This document shows, piece by piece, positions 1 to 14,789 of a stretch of DNA of 64,000 nt (the stretch's first letter is position 1; each line of letters begins with the position of its first letter). The position numbers and the translations under genes were made by a program. Below the pieces are notes generated by a model, which saw nothing but the letters and a program-made list of their open reading frames with translations, did not search any database and was not told where the DNA came from. The DNA is taken from contig OZ024743.1 of assembly GCA_964016885.1 (NCBI GenBank), positions 347,758,001-347,822,000 of the forward strand, given 5' to 3'. The DNA comes from Eledone cirrhosa (taxonomy: Eukaryota).

Positions 1-27
1 ACCGTACTGATTCTACTACAGATGATA

Positions 28-176
28 ATAATTGTTTCTGATTTAGGCACAAGTTGAGCAATTTGAGGAGAATGAAAATCTATTAAATCGATCCTTGTGC
101 GTTATTAGTATTTATTTCATCGACATCGTAACGATGAAAAGCAAAGCTAACCTCAGCGAGATTTGAAGCCAGAACT
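28..176 (-). mobile_element. Degenerate tRNA-derived SINE (Meta-domain type)
   Basis: Diverged match to the better copies at 6282-6470 and 46597-46787 (attgtttct..ggcacaag..atcgac..gatgaaa.gcaaag..aacctc.gcgagatttgaa). Confidence 0.6.
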
Positions 177-942
177 TAAAATGAATTGTATTTGATGTCA
201 AACAAGTAATAGTGGCAAATCCTTAGCGTTGATTAAGATGTAGTGTGGAACATGTTGCGGTATTTCATCCAGCTCTCTGTGAAATAAATGAACACCGATA
301 TGCAGTTTAAATATTTGTAACAACAGATTCACATTACACAAGTCCAAGCACGATTTCTTATTAACCGGATGTTTAATACTGAAAAATAAGGCATTGCGAT
401 TTCAATGTAAGGTTGAGTATTGTCTGCCGAAGAGCAAGGCACGTTGAAGATTGCTAGTTTGCGTCACTTGATGGAATCAGTAATTTCATGATAAACGAAT
501 GGTGCAGGTTATGAGCTATGTCTGTTCCGATAGATATAATTAGTTAATTTTATTTTGGTAGAATTTACAGTGAAATTAAAAGTGTGAAATCTGTAGTATA
601 TATATAAATCTATAGATAATATCATAAAATTAGCTGGCTGCTAATGGTTAAAATTAACTTAGAGAGAGCTAATTTGTTGACAGTAGTATGACAGTAAACG
701 AGCATATTTTTTCTTGCCAAGAGATACATTGGCTTTCCTCAATGTGTACAAAGACTTGACGAGACGTACAACAATGCCATGCTCCAGTTAAGCATGAGGC
801 TTATTTGAATATAACAGGCTATATACGACAACCATCTCTCAGAACTCACAAGTTAGTAAATAATTCAGAAACCAGTGAAAAGAATACGAAAATTCATGTG
901 AGTTCATATATGGCTAAAATATTTGCATTCAAATAGTTTCAC

Positions 943-1733
<791 letters not shown>

Positions 1734-2069
1734 TAGTAGCAGAAGCTAAAAGTATTTAGAGTCAGAACAATACAAGTCACGGAATGATGTAACTTTTGCA
1801 AGAATCATGTCGAGACAGGCTCTACTGTAAGAGAAAATTGTAGGGTTGCTGAAGAAAAATATACACAATCGTGTCTTGGATAACTTTTCACTGAACACAG
1901 CATATCACTATACAAAATTCATGAGTTTATATCTACAAATACATGCATATTTTTCATTTCAGACATCAAACATATAGAGATAATTGTAATACACACACAG
2001 ACTTACATATACTTAGCAATAAATCTGGTTGCACTCACATACACTAACAAATATAGACACACACACACA

Positions 2070-2105
<36 letters not shown>

Positions 2106-2240
2106 TATACATTTATGTATAATATATATACATATATATATTTATACATATATATATATATGTGTATGTGTGTGTGTATAGATATATATATACTCACACA
2201 CACACACACACACGCATAAACACTACACACATATATACAT

Positions 2241-2303
<63 letters not shown>

Positions 2304-3983
2304 TCAAAGTTGTATGGATTCGAATGTATATGTGTGTGGGTACGTGTATGCCTGAATGTGTTTGTATACAATGAGTGAGAGAAACACACGGTAAGCTGGC
2401 TGGAGTGAGTACAGGAAAGAAATCAATATAACATTAATTTATATATATTGAAGAAAAATAGACTCTAGAATTAACATTGTATTAATCACTCCAAATTAAA
2501 CGCAACAATGAAACAAATTAAAAAAGGATGTCGTGAATATAAGTACATATTTGTGTGTGCATTTCCTTGCACATACATGTGTATGAATATATGTATACTT
2601 GTGTGTATGTTAAATGTATGCATGTATGTGTATAAGTATGTAGGAATGTGATTCTAAGGTTTTCTGTATTCATACGTTTAAATATTTTAAAGTATCTATG
2701 GATGTATAATTATATATATTTATATGGTTTCCTGTTCGCTCCCATTGATTGGCATATTATTCGTTTGCTGTCATATAATATCTAGGATCTCCAAACTGTA
2801 TTTCGAAAATATATATATAGAATTTTTGAGGACGTCTTTGATTGTGCATTACGCTTGATTGTTCCACGTTGGTCATATATAGTGGCACAATCATTGTGTC
2901 AGATGATTGTTTTATAACTACAAATGCCTACGGAATATTCAGCCACACATTCTATAAAGATAGTACGGAAATCCATTGAGAAAACAAGCAGAGACATATA
3001 ACGGAAACATACAAACACATACACATACCCTCATTTTCTATACCCACATAAGCATATGCATATGCTTATGTAGGCTCTCTTTTTCTTGCTTGAAATGTTA
3101 TATATGCTAGCAGAAAAAGTGTTGACACTTCGGAAGTGTTGACATTTGAACATTTTAAAGAAGTGAATCTTGTATATGCAATAACATATATTTAGTCAAG
3201 TGTTACGAAATTCAGTAGATAAATTATGTAATATTCATTCATTATTTATTCAAAGTAATCCAACTTATTTTACAAATGGGTAAAACATATATTCTGGAAG
3301 CAGTCCCGCACTCCTTTATTTATTATATTTAAGATACGTGTAACTGTTATATTACAAATATATGTTTGCGTGAAATACACGTTCATACTATATCTCCTTG
3401 AGTAATTGTGAACAATCGAGATTATAGCGAAAATATCTCCTATGATCTCGTCAATATATAGTACTATTTCTCCCAGTTCACAGAACAACACAAATTGTGA
3501 ATATATGGTAGTTTTATTATCCCCTTTACCTCTTCTCTTTGTTTCTTTGCTATTCAGCTTTCTTTTTTCATTCTAATTACCTAGCTATTATTATTTGGCT
3601 ATAAATATCAGATATATTTTATTTTGAATTTCTACCGTTTTTAGCATAGTCCAATAGCCACTCGTCCATAAATTGATGCCGACTACAATATTGTACCAGT
3701 AGTTCTTTCATGATCAAACAAGATAAATGGCTTCACTCTCTAGCTGTAGATATCGAGTCCTCTGATGAAGTTTTTGTAGCATTGGCTTGCACTCTATTTG
3801 GCAGGTTGCAACTTATCGAAACTTACTTCTTTAACAGAAACCTCGAGGTCTGCACAAACTCGTCCAACTGAATATATATTTGGTTAGTATGTTTGCTCCA
3901 GTATACGTTCAAACCATGTCTCATTGAGCGAGTAATTGTGAGGGATCGAGATAATAGTGAATACACTTCCTATAACCTCGTCA

Positions 3984-4023
<40 letters not shown>

Positions 4024-4096
4024 GTTATTCCGGGTTGAATCGGAGGTAACCACAGTAAGTAAGGTACTCAATACATAGCAGAGTATAACAGTTTTA

Positions 4097-4143
4097 ATTC
4101 CTGATGATTTCTAATGAATGAAACAGTTCTAGTCCTGTAGAAT
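4097..4143 (+). ncRNA. Type I hammerhead ribozyme motif, family C (element about 4020-4152 in (TA)n)
   Basis: attc-CTGATGA(4101-4107)-tttctaatgaat-GAAA(4120-4123)-cag-ttctagtc-ctg-TA-gaat; homologous to 34614-34668. Confidence 0.7.
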
Positions 4144-4147
4144 CTCA

Positions 4148-4185
<38 letters not shown>

Positions 4186-4695
4186 TGTGGGGGAGTATAT
4201 ACAAACTAAAACACAATGCGTACCTAATCTGCAGAGTTGAAATCGGGAATTAATTAACTGATGGTTGTAGAGATGTAAATTAAACATGCGGGCAAGTATT
4301 TTAACCCATGCTTATTAACCATCACCATGAAAAGTAGACAGTTTTTTTTAAACCTCATATTTTCTCTTTATGATAAAAAATCGATACTTGAGAACCACAT
4401 CCGCGTTTATACTGATTTATAGATAGAAAAGCAAGCACCTTAACAGTCTTTCCATCGTGGGGCTTAGCGTACGTTTAATAAAAACAAATGCTTGTCTATT
4501 TACCTTACATAGCTATGTATGGTTTCGTTGTATAATGCATATATTAATTATGTTGATGGTGATGATCATTGAAATATTCATCATCATCCTCATCATTATC
4601 ATCACCACTACCACCATCCTCGTCACTGTCAACATTACCCCTGTCATCTTATAATTAATTATTATTTAATTTGAATGTGGGCGGTGGATTGAAAG

Positions 4696-4885
4696 GGCGG
4701 TGGATTGGTAGTATCAGTAGAGGGTCGGACGCCATGCTTTCCAGCATAGTTGCGTCCCTTTACGATCTGACTTCAAATCCCGCCGAGGTTGACTTTGCCT
4801 TTCATCCTTACGGGGTCGATAAAATAAAGTACCAGTAATGCACTGGGTAATTGCTGGCCTTGTGCCTAAACTAGAGACAATTATT
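4696..4885 (+). mobile_element. tRNA-derived SINE with Meta-like central domain, full length
   Basis: A-box-like tggtagtatcagt, B-box-like cttcaaatcc, then gttgactttgcctttcatccttacggggtcgataaaataaagtaccag, which resembles the MetaSINE domain; many copies in the window. Confidence 0.85.
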
Positions 4886-5973
4886 TAATTTGAATGTTAA
4901 TAGGCCTATCTCTTTTAAGTTTAACTAAACTGTTTGATTATTTTTAATTTTCGTAGGACTATTATATTTAGTTGTTGCTAAAAAACAAACCGGAATGATT
5001 TTATATAGGTAGGTGTTAATATCTTCAAATATATAATGGTTGTATTTGTGTAAATATTAAATTTACCTATTGGAAATGTATATGTTATACATGCCGAATC
5101 ATAAAATAAATAATGAGATTTCTCTACTTAGAAAAGAGGAGGTATTAGTGTCTGGGGACTGACTCAGAGGGGAGTGCGTGTGTATGTTGGTTTGTGTGTG
5201 AGATATTTGCGTCAAGGTTCCAAATATTTTTGGTTCTCCCCACTTGAGGGCAAATTTCAAGGTCTCGTGTCCCTTTCACAACAACAAAGAAATGATTTAT
5301 AGCAGGTAAAAAGAAAAAAAATTACAAGAGCGAGTAAAAATATCTCTCACCACATTAATAGCAAAAAAAATGTATATATATATTTGTATCATAAATCATG
5401 TCTTTAGAATCATCAGATAAAATATATACTATTTCTTCTTCTAATTAGCATAATTAACCATATAAAAAATCAATTAGATCAAGCTATAAGAAGAAAGGCT
5501 CTTATGGAGAAATCTCCGACAAATAACCGAACGTAGCCTCTTCGCGGTGGCCCCAATCGAGAATTTATCCAACATTTCGACAGCATGTAGAAATTGACTA
5601 AATATATCATCAACCATACACAATTAGGTGTAAAATTAAACTTAGAAGAAATGCGTACATACCGTAATTATATCTCTACCATGGTTTCATCCTTATTTTT
5701 AGACATCCAAATAATAGGAATGTCCTGAGTTAGGATTCATCAGGAGACAAACTCAAAATCAGACATCTAGTTTTTCAATCCGATCCCGCCAAAAATAGAT
5801 TAAAAAATGGCTAAGAATCGATATGTGGCTGTGGTCAAGCCAGAAAGAATGTGATTGGTTGCTTACGGCGGGTAGGCTTGCTGCTAGAAAGCGCAGCCAA
5901 ATATCGCCAAATTTAATCTCAACCTACCGGGAGATTATTGAATATAAAGGTTAACATATATATAAAGTTATAG

Positions 5974-6224
5974 ATATATACATGTTGCAACTGTTCACTT
6001 TTAAGCTCTATGAAGAATTAATAAATTAAAAAATCAGAGCAATATATCATAAATCTTGTCTTTAGAATCATCAGATATATGGTTAATTATGCTAATTAGA
6101 AGAAGAAATAGTATATATTTTATCTGATGATTCTAAAGACATGATTTATGATATATTGCTCTGATTTTTTAATTTATTAATTCTTCATAGAGCTTAAAAG
6201 TGACCAGTTGCAACATGTATATAT
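5974..6224. repeat. Inverted repeat with ~104 bp arms and a 43 bp spacer; third partial copy at 5387-5464
   Basis: 5974-6077 is the near-perfect reverse complement of 6121-6224; 5387-5464 is the reverse complement of 6076-6153. Confidence 0.9.
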
Positions 6225-6227
6225 ATT

Positions 6228-6281
<54 letters not shown>

Positions 6282-6284
<3 letters not shown>

Positions 6285-6470
6285 ATTGTTTCTACTTTAG
6301 GCACAAGGCCAGCAATTATCCAGTACATTACTGGTACTTTATTTTATCGACCCCGTAAGGATGAAAGGCAAAGTTAACCTCGGCGAGATTTGAACTCAGA
6401 CTGTAAAGGGACGTCACTATGCTAGAAAGCATGGCGTCCGACCCTCTACCCATACCGCCAATTCACCGTC
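6282..6470 (-). mobile_element. tRNA-derived Meta-type SINE, full length
   Basis: Reverse complement of the 4696-4885 family. Confidence 0.85.
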
Positions 6471-6483
6471 AATAATAATAATA

Positions 6484-7366
6484 CACAAATACGTGACTGA
6501 TAGTAAGGAGCCAATGCTCAGAATTGTACTGAAGGAGAGGACAATAGACCAGGGAATGTCCAAGGAGCAAATAACAACAAGGAGATAGAACATCCTTCAG
6601 GAAAAATCCCTTCATAGTACCTTCTTTGAGAAAAATGAATTCAGGGATCCACAGACATGGAACTGGTTAAAAAGAGGAGACGTGAAACAGCATATTTACA
6701 AGGAGAAGGCTAGCCCACTGTGTAGGATCTGTGGAGAGAGAGAGATGACTGTGGCTCACATTGTATCCGAGTGTAAACACCTAGCCCAGACTCACTATAA
6801 GGGCTGGAGACATGATGTGATGGGCAGGGTGATCCACTGGCACCTATGCAAAGTAAACAATTTACCACATTCTGAGAAGTGGTATGAGCATAAGCCAGAG
6901 TCGGTGATAGAAAACGATCAGGTGAAGGTGCTGTGGGATTTTAGGATACAGACGGACAAGAAACTGGAACATAATAGACCTGACCTGGTAGTTTTGGACA
7001 AGGAAAAAAGATCGTGCCTGATTGTGGTGTGGCCTGCCCATTCGACACGAGAGTGCAAGACAAGGAGAGGGAGAAAATTAACCGATACCAGGACTTCAAG
7101 TGGAGGTAAAAAGGATTTGGAACTGCCATGAAGTCAAAGTGGTCCCGATTGTCATAGGCGCACTAGGTACTATCTCAAAAAGTTTCCAGGGATGGTTAAA
7201 GAAAATTGGCCCCGCTTTTTGGAACGCTTCGAAAGGCATGCCTGCTGGGAACAGCAAGGACCCTCCGATACGTCCTGATTATCCAAGGCTGCAGGCAATG
7301 GCTTGATATTCATTTCAACAAACTTTCCAGTTAACTAACATCAATGACTGAGATTCAAAGAACAAC
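6484..7366 (+). mobile_element. 5'-truncated Dong/R4-clade non-LTR retrotransposon (zinc knuckle plus restriction-like endonuclease), frameshifted
   Basis: ORFs 6682-7131 and 7100-7306: CRICGEREMTVAHIVSEC (CCHC), RHD, LWDFRIQTDKKLEHNRPDLVV, VVPIVIGALG; (AAT)n on both sides. Confidence 0.88.
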
Positions 7367-7382
7367 AATAATAATAATAATA

Positions 7383-7495
7383 ATAATTGTTTCTACTTTA
7401 GGCACAAGGCCAGCAATTACCCAGTGCATTACTGGTACTTTATTTTATCGAGCCCGTAAGGATGAAAGGCAAAGTCAACCTCGGCGGGATTTGAA
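7383..7495 (-). mobile_element. 5'-truncated Meta-type SINE in (AAT)n
   Basis: 3' ~110 bp of the SINE family. Confidence 0.85.
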
Positions 7496-7794
7496 TAATA
7501 ATAATAATAATAATAATGATTTCATTTATTAGCCACAAGGGCCGACATGTAGGGGACAATACAAAGACAGGGACAGTGGGGGTTTAGAATAAGGTCGAGT
7601 AAAAGTGCACAATGGCAAGACTAATTTAACAATGAAAATATAAAAATATAAAATAAACTATGCAAAATATAACAAAATAAATTCCCCGATAGGGGGTGGA
7701 CGATCCTGGGGTGATTCGGGTACCCCACCAATCCTGAACCACCCTGCGCTTCTAGGGCACCCAGGAGAGCACCCCTCTCCTCAAGTTAGCCAGC

Positions 7795-10700
7795 CTATAG
7801 GCGCATGGTCAGAGTAGGCCCATTCACACGAGCCATTCTCGCCACATTCACCCACCTTTTAGCAAATCTACTGGGGGGCAGCACATCTCTCTCCACCCTC
7901 ACCCTCCTTTCCAGGTGAAACTTGAAGAAGTTGATGAGGGATTGTCCGAAGAGAAAAGTGTCTGTCTTTAGTCCTTTCAACCTGGTCCACCTTATAATCT
8001 CTTTTGCAACTGCCACCAGACAGAGGAAAATGTCCTGCTCTTCCTGACCTAAGGAAGGTGGCGGCTCGATCTTCACTATGGACTCGGCCGATAACCGGAT
8101 TCGTTCCACACGCGACAGTAGCTGTTCGACATAACTCCACAAGTCAGTAATGCACGGACATTGCACAAGTGCGTGCAGAACGGTTTCGTCGTTCTGTGCG
8201 CATCTTGGGCAGGTCCGTCTGACAGCACTTCCGTGCCTGTAGAGTTTATCCCGAACCGGCAGTGCCCCCCGGTAGCACTGCCAAGCGAGGGATTTCTGGA
8301 AATTGTCCATCGTCCCCGGCTCAAAAGTCCTCCGGTACATACTGGTCAGTTCGACTTCGTCGAGGCCCAAAGCTTCTCCGAGTGCGTCATCGCACTTGCC
8401 CACCACTAATCCTCTATAGAACTCGAGAGTGGAAGTTCCACTGATCGCATTGCCCGCTTGGTAGAGGGCAGTGAGTGCCTGGCAACATTCCAGGTGCCAG
8501 TCACCCAGTCTCTGTCTCTTCTTGACCCAGGACTGCAGCTCTGTCAAAGAAATGAGCTGCGGAAAGGCCCGTCTGATAAACGGCGACCACACCTGTTCAC
8601 CATTGAGGCAGAATATCTGGAGATTCGCAGCCTCAACGCATGTCTGCGCATCATTAGCCACGGCATGCCCAGCCCTCCGCGTAGAGGGTGCTGGCAGCAG
8701 ATGGACCGCCTCACCAACGGAACTTGTCCCCTCCACAAGAATTTGAAGAGGAGCCGTTCCAACTTGATGAGGCGCGGACGGGGGCAAGGCACGACGGTTA
8801 GGCGGTAATAGATGACGGTTAGGCGGTAATAGATGACGGACGCGATGTACGCATTCGCCACCTCCGCGCGACCTTTCAGTGATAGCTTCCTCCCAGCCCA
8901 TTTTTGGGTGAGACTGGCTACTCTGCTCGTTACCTCGTCCCAATTCTTTTCCACCTCGAGGTCTGGTCCGAACCAAACCCCGAGCAACTTTACTGGTCCG
9001 TCCGTCCAGCGCCCCACGACGCTGTTGGACGGCATGGGCTTGCCTCTCCAGGTTCCGAGCTGCAAGCCCACCGACTTTTCCGGGTTAAGTTTGGCTCCTG
9101 TCAACCTTTCATATTCCTTCAATAAGGTGCCGACCACCTCGATTTCTGAGGTGTTCGACACCATCACGGTAATGTCGTCCGCATAAGCCGACACCGCCTT
9201 TCCACGTCCCGGTTCGAGCGGGATGCCCTGCAACAGCTCCAGCTTCCGTAGTAAAGGCTCGAGAGTCAATACGTACAGAAAGGAAGAGAGAGGGCACCCT
9301 TGACGGACCGATCGGGAGAACCGAAATGGTTCCGAGAGATGGCCATTAACCTTGACCACCGAGCGTGTGCCGCTGTGCATTGCAACGATCCAGCTTCTAA
9401 AGACAGGGCCGAAGCCAGCTGCTTTGAGGACAAACTCCAGATACCGATGGTCGACCCTATCGAATGCTTTCGATTGATCTAAATTGATCAGTGCCCCACC
9501 GAAGCCCGGTTTACACCCTACCCTCTCTATGATGTATCGCATGAGGTGGAGATTGTCGTGTATGGACCTGGCTGGGATTGCGCAAGTTTGCGCCTCCCCA
9601 ACCAAATCCTCGACGACAAGCGCCAATCTCTTTGCTAACACCTTGGCCAAAATCTTAAACTCTATGTTGAGCAGAGTTATGGGCCTGAAGTTGTCTAATG
9701 TATCCCTCTTGTTCTCGTCTTTCCTTATCAGCGTCACCACTCCCCTGCTCACAGAACTGGGAATACTCCCATTCTGCTGCCAGTTACAGTAGAGTGCTTC
9801 GAAGAGTTCGGAGAACAAGTCTGGCATATTTACGTAAAGCTCGTAGGGCAGGCCATCCAAACCGGGTGACTTGCGCCTCATGCAGCCGACAAGGGCGTCC
9901 TGAATTTCGGCTGAAGTAATCGGCCTTTCGCAGCGCTCAGCGTCGACCGTCGAGATGCGCGGCAAGCCGTCAAGGTAGGGACTGAAATCCGCTACTCTCT
10001 CTGACTCGCCACTCTCCCCGAACAACCGAGCAAAGTGCTGGCGAAAGGCCTCACACATCCGCTTGGAATCGCTTATCGCGTGTCCGTCTCGGTCCGCCAA
10101 AGACCGAATTGTGGTTTTATTACCACGCTGCGCCTCCGCCACGCGGGCCCATCGAACAGCTTTAGTTCCCTCGTTTCTCAGCGCACGCGCCTTAGCTCTG
10201 ACAATGCAACCTTCGTGTTTGGCATTGAAGAAATGATCTAATGTCATTCTCGCCGCTAGCACGTCAGTTGCGATGCCACTACAAATAGCCTCGTCTAACT
10301 TATCTACCAGCTTCCCCTCATTTCTATTTTTCTCTAACGCTAGTTCTTTGCTGAACTCTATCGAAGTTACTCTAATCTCTCTTTTGAGAGCCCCCCACCA
10401 TCTGTTGTTGATGATCCCCCCTGTCAACTTTTGCTTAACTAACTTATTGACTCGGTCCCTGTAAGCCTTACGTGCCGGAAATCACATGTTCAGCTTCCAG
10501 TAACCCGGTTCTAACCTACGCGTTTTATTTAGGTCGACCGTACAGATCACAAATTTGTGATCTGAATAGGCGACCGTTTTAAAAAGCGGACAGCCCACAC
10601 TATTTATATCTATTTTCCTAATGAAGATTCTGTCTATATACGATCTAGATGACCCCATTCGGTTGGTCCATGTCCATACTGGCACATTGGGGAAGTCTAG

Positions 10701-11236
10701 TCGATACCTGTCAGACAGCTGGAACTGGCTGAGTAGGTGCTTGAGGCTTTTGCACCCCCCGCTCCTATCGGCTACTCCCACACAATCCCAGCGTGCGTCT
10801 AAGATGCCATTCCAGTCCCCCGCTAACAGTAAAGGGCGAGACGTACCCAGAAAGGTCTCCAGGCGCCTAAAGAAGTCAGGTCGTCCGGCCCCTGTAGGGG
10901 CGTAGACGGCCAGCAGTCTAAAGGCACCACCTTCGCTACTGCTCACATCCAAGACCACCAAGTTACCGTCCGGGTCCCGGAAGATCGACCTTACCTCGAG
11001 ATCCAGTCCTTTCCTAAACAGCACTGCCCCCCCCCCCCCATTCCCGGCCTGCTAACAGATGCGAAGATCTGATAGTCGTCGAAAATGGGGGCTAGTGCAC
11101 GCGTGTCGGAAATTCTGGTCTCGCTTACGGCAATCACATCCATTTCCAGCGACCGGAGGTCGTTGAGCAGGCGACCCTGCTTCTAGGGTGACCCCAGGCC
11201 GCGAACATTTAAACTTCCTACTCTTAATATGGCCAT
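7795..11236 (-). pseudogene. Tx1 ORF2: AP endonuclease, reverse transcriptase and C-terminal Cys/His domain; disrupted
   Basis: Starts MAILRVGSLNVRGLGSP*KQ..SETR at 11236; AGDWN, SYIDRIF, SDH (APE); KSPGLDGL, FRPITLLN, DQSKAFDRV, VRQGCPLS, AYADD (RT); CPRC..ETVLHALVQC. One early stop and frameshifts near 11030, 10480 and 8610; in-frame 21 bp duplication near 8793-8835. Confidence 0.92.
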
Positions 11237-11245
11237 ATTGGTAAG

Positions 11246-13184
11246 CTAAGAGAGAGAGAAGGAAGGTTTACTTACCTCCCGGGTCTTGTGAAGGTCGGGT
11301 GGTTCGACCTCCATGGTTGGTGGGGTTTCTTTTGGGAACCCCTTTAAAAGTCTTGATGTGGGTTTCACATTCGGGTTTCCCACGTCTTGAGGAAAGCTCT
11401 CTCGAATTTCTTTGAAGGAATTGAGTGACATTCGGACCAGAAGCAAATCTTCTGGCACGCAAAATGTGCTCATTTCAAAAATCCCCCCTCTGTTTGAATG
11501 TCCTCGCTTCGCGCTAAGAGGGCCATCAGTTTATCGTTGGCCCTTCTGACAAGCACGAAGTTTTTAACATTTTGTTGGTGTGGTTTTATTTGTTTTCGTT
11601 TTGGTGAAGGTGGTGGTGATGGTTTTGGTGGCGTTGTTTCGGGTATGTCTATGTTTGTTGTAGGTGTGGTGTCTGCAATTTCAGGTATTTGTGTGTTTAT
11701 TTGTACTTGTGTTTGTTTAGGTTGTTTGCGTTTCGGGGATTGTGGAGGTGGTGTCGATGTTGCTGATGGTGCTGATGTTATTGGGGAAGTGTCTGCGTTA
11801 GTGGTGTCTGTATTTTTTTGTTTGTGAGTTTTCTCTGTTTTTTTGCACTTTTGGGTTTTCCTTCATCTTCGCTGCTGGAAGACAAAGGGTCTGTGTCTGT
11901 GAGTGTCTCTGTGTCTGTGTGTGCGTTTATTTTTTTTTTGTCTATGTATATAGCTGGGGGGGGGGGGGGTAGGGGAGTGGGAGAGCTTTCCTCGTTTTCT
12001 CCTTGGATTGGTTTTGGTGTTGGTGGTGATCCGGCTGCTTTTGATGTTGGTGTCCGTGTTTTTGTTGATGTTGTTTTTGGTGGTGGTGGTGCAGCTTTCC
12101 GTGCTGACACTGGCGTTGGCAACAAAGGAGGTTTGCGACCCCCTGCATTTTTGCGCTGAGGGCTGAAGGCTTGAAGATGCGTGGCTTCCCCGCAAACGAA
12201 GCAACGTGGCCTTCTTCCGTCAATCATTAGTTGGATTGTTGTCCCGTCCTGCAGGCGGGCAAAATCTGGGATGTTATTTATATCCTCCGGTTTCATTTGG
12301 AGAAGAATCTCCAAATCCATTCCGGACCAGTCTTCTCTCTCTGTCCTTTTGATGTCCAGGAGGGTGGTGTCTGTCCCCTCCTCGATTACGCATCCCAGCA
12401 GCCACCATATGTTCATTCCTGGTGGGATGCTGGGAATGCGTACCTTCACTGTCCTTTTACCCATATAGGACGGATGCATGATAATGCGTTCCGTTCTGCA
12501 GGGGATCACCGAGTGCTTAATAGCGAGGGCCTCGGATTTGAACAGTACCGAGATGGTACCGAACTGTTTGCCTCTTGCTTTGTACTCTATGTTACTTCCG
12601 ATGTACTCCAAAGCAGCCTCTACCTCTGCTTGGCTCGCAAGTTCCACTTTTCGTGTCTGCACCGAAATACATCGAAAGAGCACCGTCCTCCTTTGCATGG
12701 CCGCTATTGCTTCGTCCGGGATGGTCAGGTTTGCCCAGGACTTCTCCCGTTTAATTAGCCTCCACGCTTTGGCCAACTGTTCGTCTTTATCGCTAATATC
12801 AATATCGATATTCAATAAGCGCTTTGTTTTTGCTGCTGCTGCTGCAGCAAATGTGGTGTTTCTGATGCTCTTATTGTTGTTGTTGTCATTCTTGCTGTTG
12901 CCACCGCCATCCTTGTTTACATTGAAGCTGTCGGTGTTTTTGTCGTTATTGCTCTGAGTTGTTGTTGTTGTGGTGGTGGTGGTGGTGGTGGTGATGTCGT
13001 TTTCAGATGATACTGCTGCTATGGCAGAAGGTTGTGATGGTAGCTTTTTAGTTTTGCCTTCACATTCAGTAGAGTGGATGACAGGCATGACTGTAGCCGT
13101 CGTAGTCGTGGTGAAATCTGCAGTGGCTGCCTTTAAACTTTTGACCTGAACGTTGTTTACCGTTTCAAGGTCGAAAATTTCCAT
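11246..13184 (-). pseudogene. Tx1 ORF1 (nucleic-acid-binding, gag-like), frameshifted in its 3' part
   Basis: ORF 11778-13184 has CFVCGEATHLQAFS (CCHC knuckle with last Cys lost) and a Pro/Thr/Lys-rich region. The distal ORF 11246-11473 motif GNPN..LKGFPK is conserved in the decayed copy at 31370-31564. Confidence 0.8.
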
Positions 13185-13425
13185 AATTTTCTTTTGGTGG
13201 GGAAGCGATTTTTTTCGAAGATTTTAAAAAATAAATCTGAATATTCGGGTTTAAAGCCCGAATATTGAGAGGTATCCCTCTCTTTAAATCAAGATGTGTA
13301 CCTTAAGTTTCGTTAATGACAAGAAAATACAAAAAAAAGACACTTTAAAACAGCTTAAAGCTACGAACCTTTTCGCCGCAGACTTGTCTGTCTTCACACA
13401 TGTGCGGCCATAATAATAATAATAA

Positions 13426-13527
13426 TAATTGTTTCTACTTTTGGCACAAGGCCATCAAATACCCAGTGCATTACTGGTACTTTATTTTATCAACCCCGTA
13501 AGGATGAAAGGCAAAGTTAACCTCGGT
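13426..13527 (-). mobile_element. 5'-truncated Meta-type SINE in (AAT)n
   Basis: 3' ~100 bp of the SINE family. Confidence 0.85.
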
Positions 13528-13553
13528 AATAATAATAATAATAATAATAATAA

Positions 13554-14018
<465 letters not shown>

Positions 14019-14040
14019 TAATAATAATAATAATAATAAT

Positions 14041-14080
14041 GATTTCATTTATTGGCCACAAGGGCCGACATGTAGGGGGC
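14041..14080 (-). mobile_element. 40 bp 3' stub of the same Tx1 family as 7518-13410, in (AAT)n
   Basis: gatttcatttattggccacaagggccgacatgtaggggg matches 7518-7556. Confidence 0.85.
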
Positions 14081-14403
14081 AATAATAATAATAATAAATG
14101 ATTCCTACATCCCTAAACTGGTGTGGATAGTCGGATTAAAATCAAGAGTAATGTTCTGAGGAATTAAACCGAACAACACACTCTTGACCTGTAGAAAGCA
14201 GATTTATCGGAAATGAATTATGAACATTCTCTATTTACTGTACTGTGCTTTCTCTCTCAGAACTTCTTCGAAAAACTGTTCTTTTTCATCTAGATCCTCA
14301 TATAAATGAAGTGTGTTTGTACGTTCACCGCATATAACACTAAATAAAGTTGATAATAATTAAGGTGTTTCTATGTTTTCAACAAATGTAACCTGCATGT
14401 GTT

Positions 14404-14461
<58 letters not shown>

Positions 14462-14560
14462 TGTGTGTGTGTGTGTGTGCGTGTGTGTGCGTGTGTGTGT
14501 GCTTGTGTGTGTGTGTGCTTGTGTGGGTGTGCGTGTATTATTTTGTTTATATATATACAT

Positions 14561-14652
14561 ATAATTGTTTCTACTTTTGGCACAACACCAGCAATTATCC
14601 CAGTGCATTGCTGGTACTTTATTTTATCAACCCCATAGGGATGAAAGGCAAA
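14561..14652 (-). mobile_element. Truncated Meta-type SINE
   Basis: 3' part of the SINE family. Confidence 0.75.
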
Positions 14653-14789
14653 TACATACTTGATTGGTTTGATTTAATTAAGAACACCACTAACTTAGCA
14701 TCATAGAGAATAGCGTTACAATCGGGATATATGTTTTTCAAGTCAGTTAAATGCACCGTCAGTTATAGCATATAGAGAAATTCTCCCCA

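Larger units (their letters stand above)
7518..13410 (-). mobile_element. Near-full-length Tx1/L1-clade LINE (~5.9 kb) inserted in (AAT)n
   Basis: 5'UTR, ORF1, ORF2 (APE-RT-CCHC) and a 3'UTR ending ggctaataaatgaaatc; (AAT)n abuts both ends. Confidence 0.93.

Noticed and set aside
2860-2930. Possible GIY-YIG remnant on the minus strand
   Set aside because: Too short and too degenerate to call.
3755-3850. CTGATGA...CGAAAC hammerhead candidate
   Set aside because: Helix III and helix I do not pair in register.
4696-4790. tRNA gene
   Set aside because: The A and B boxes belong to the SINE head; no cloverleaf forms.
13360-13410. HDV-like ribozyme at the Tx1 5' end
   Set aside because: Only one stem is visible; the nested pseudoknot elements could not be built.
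7383-13527. SINE fragments on both sides of the Tx1 read as a long TSD
   Set aside because: They differ at several positions and in truncation point, and (AAT)n separates them from the LINE; independent insertions are more likely.
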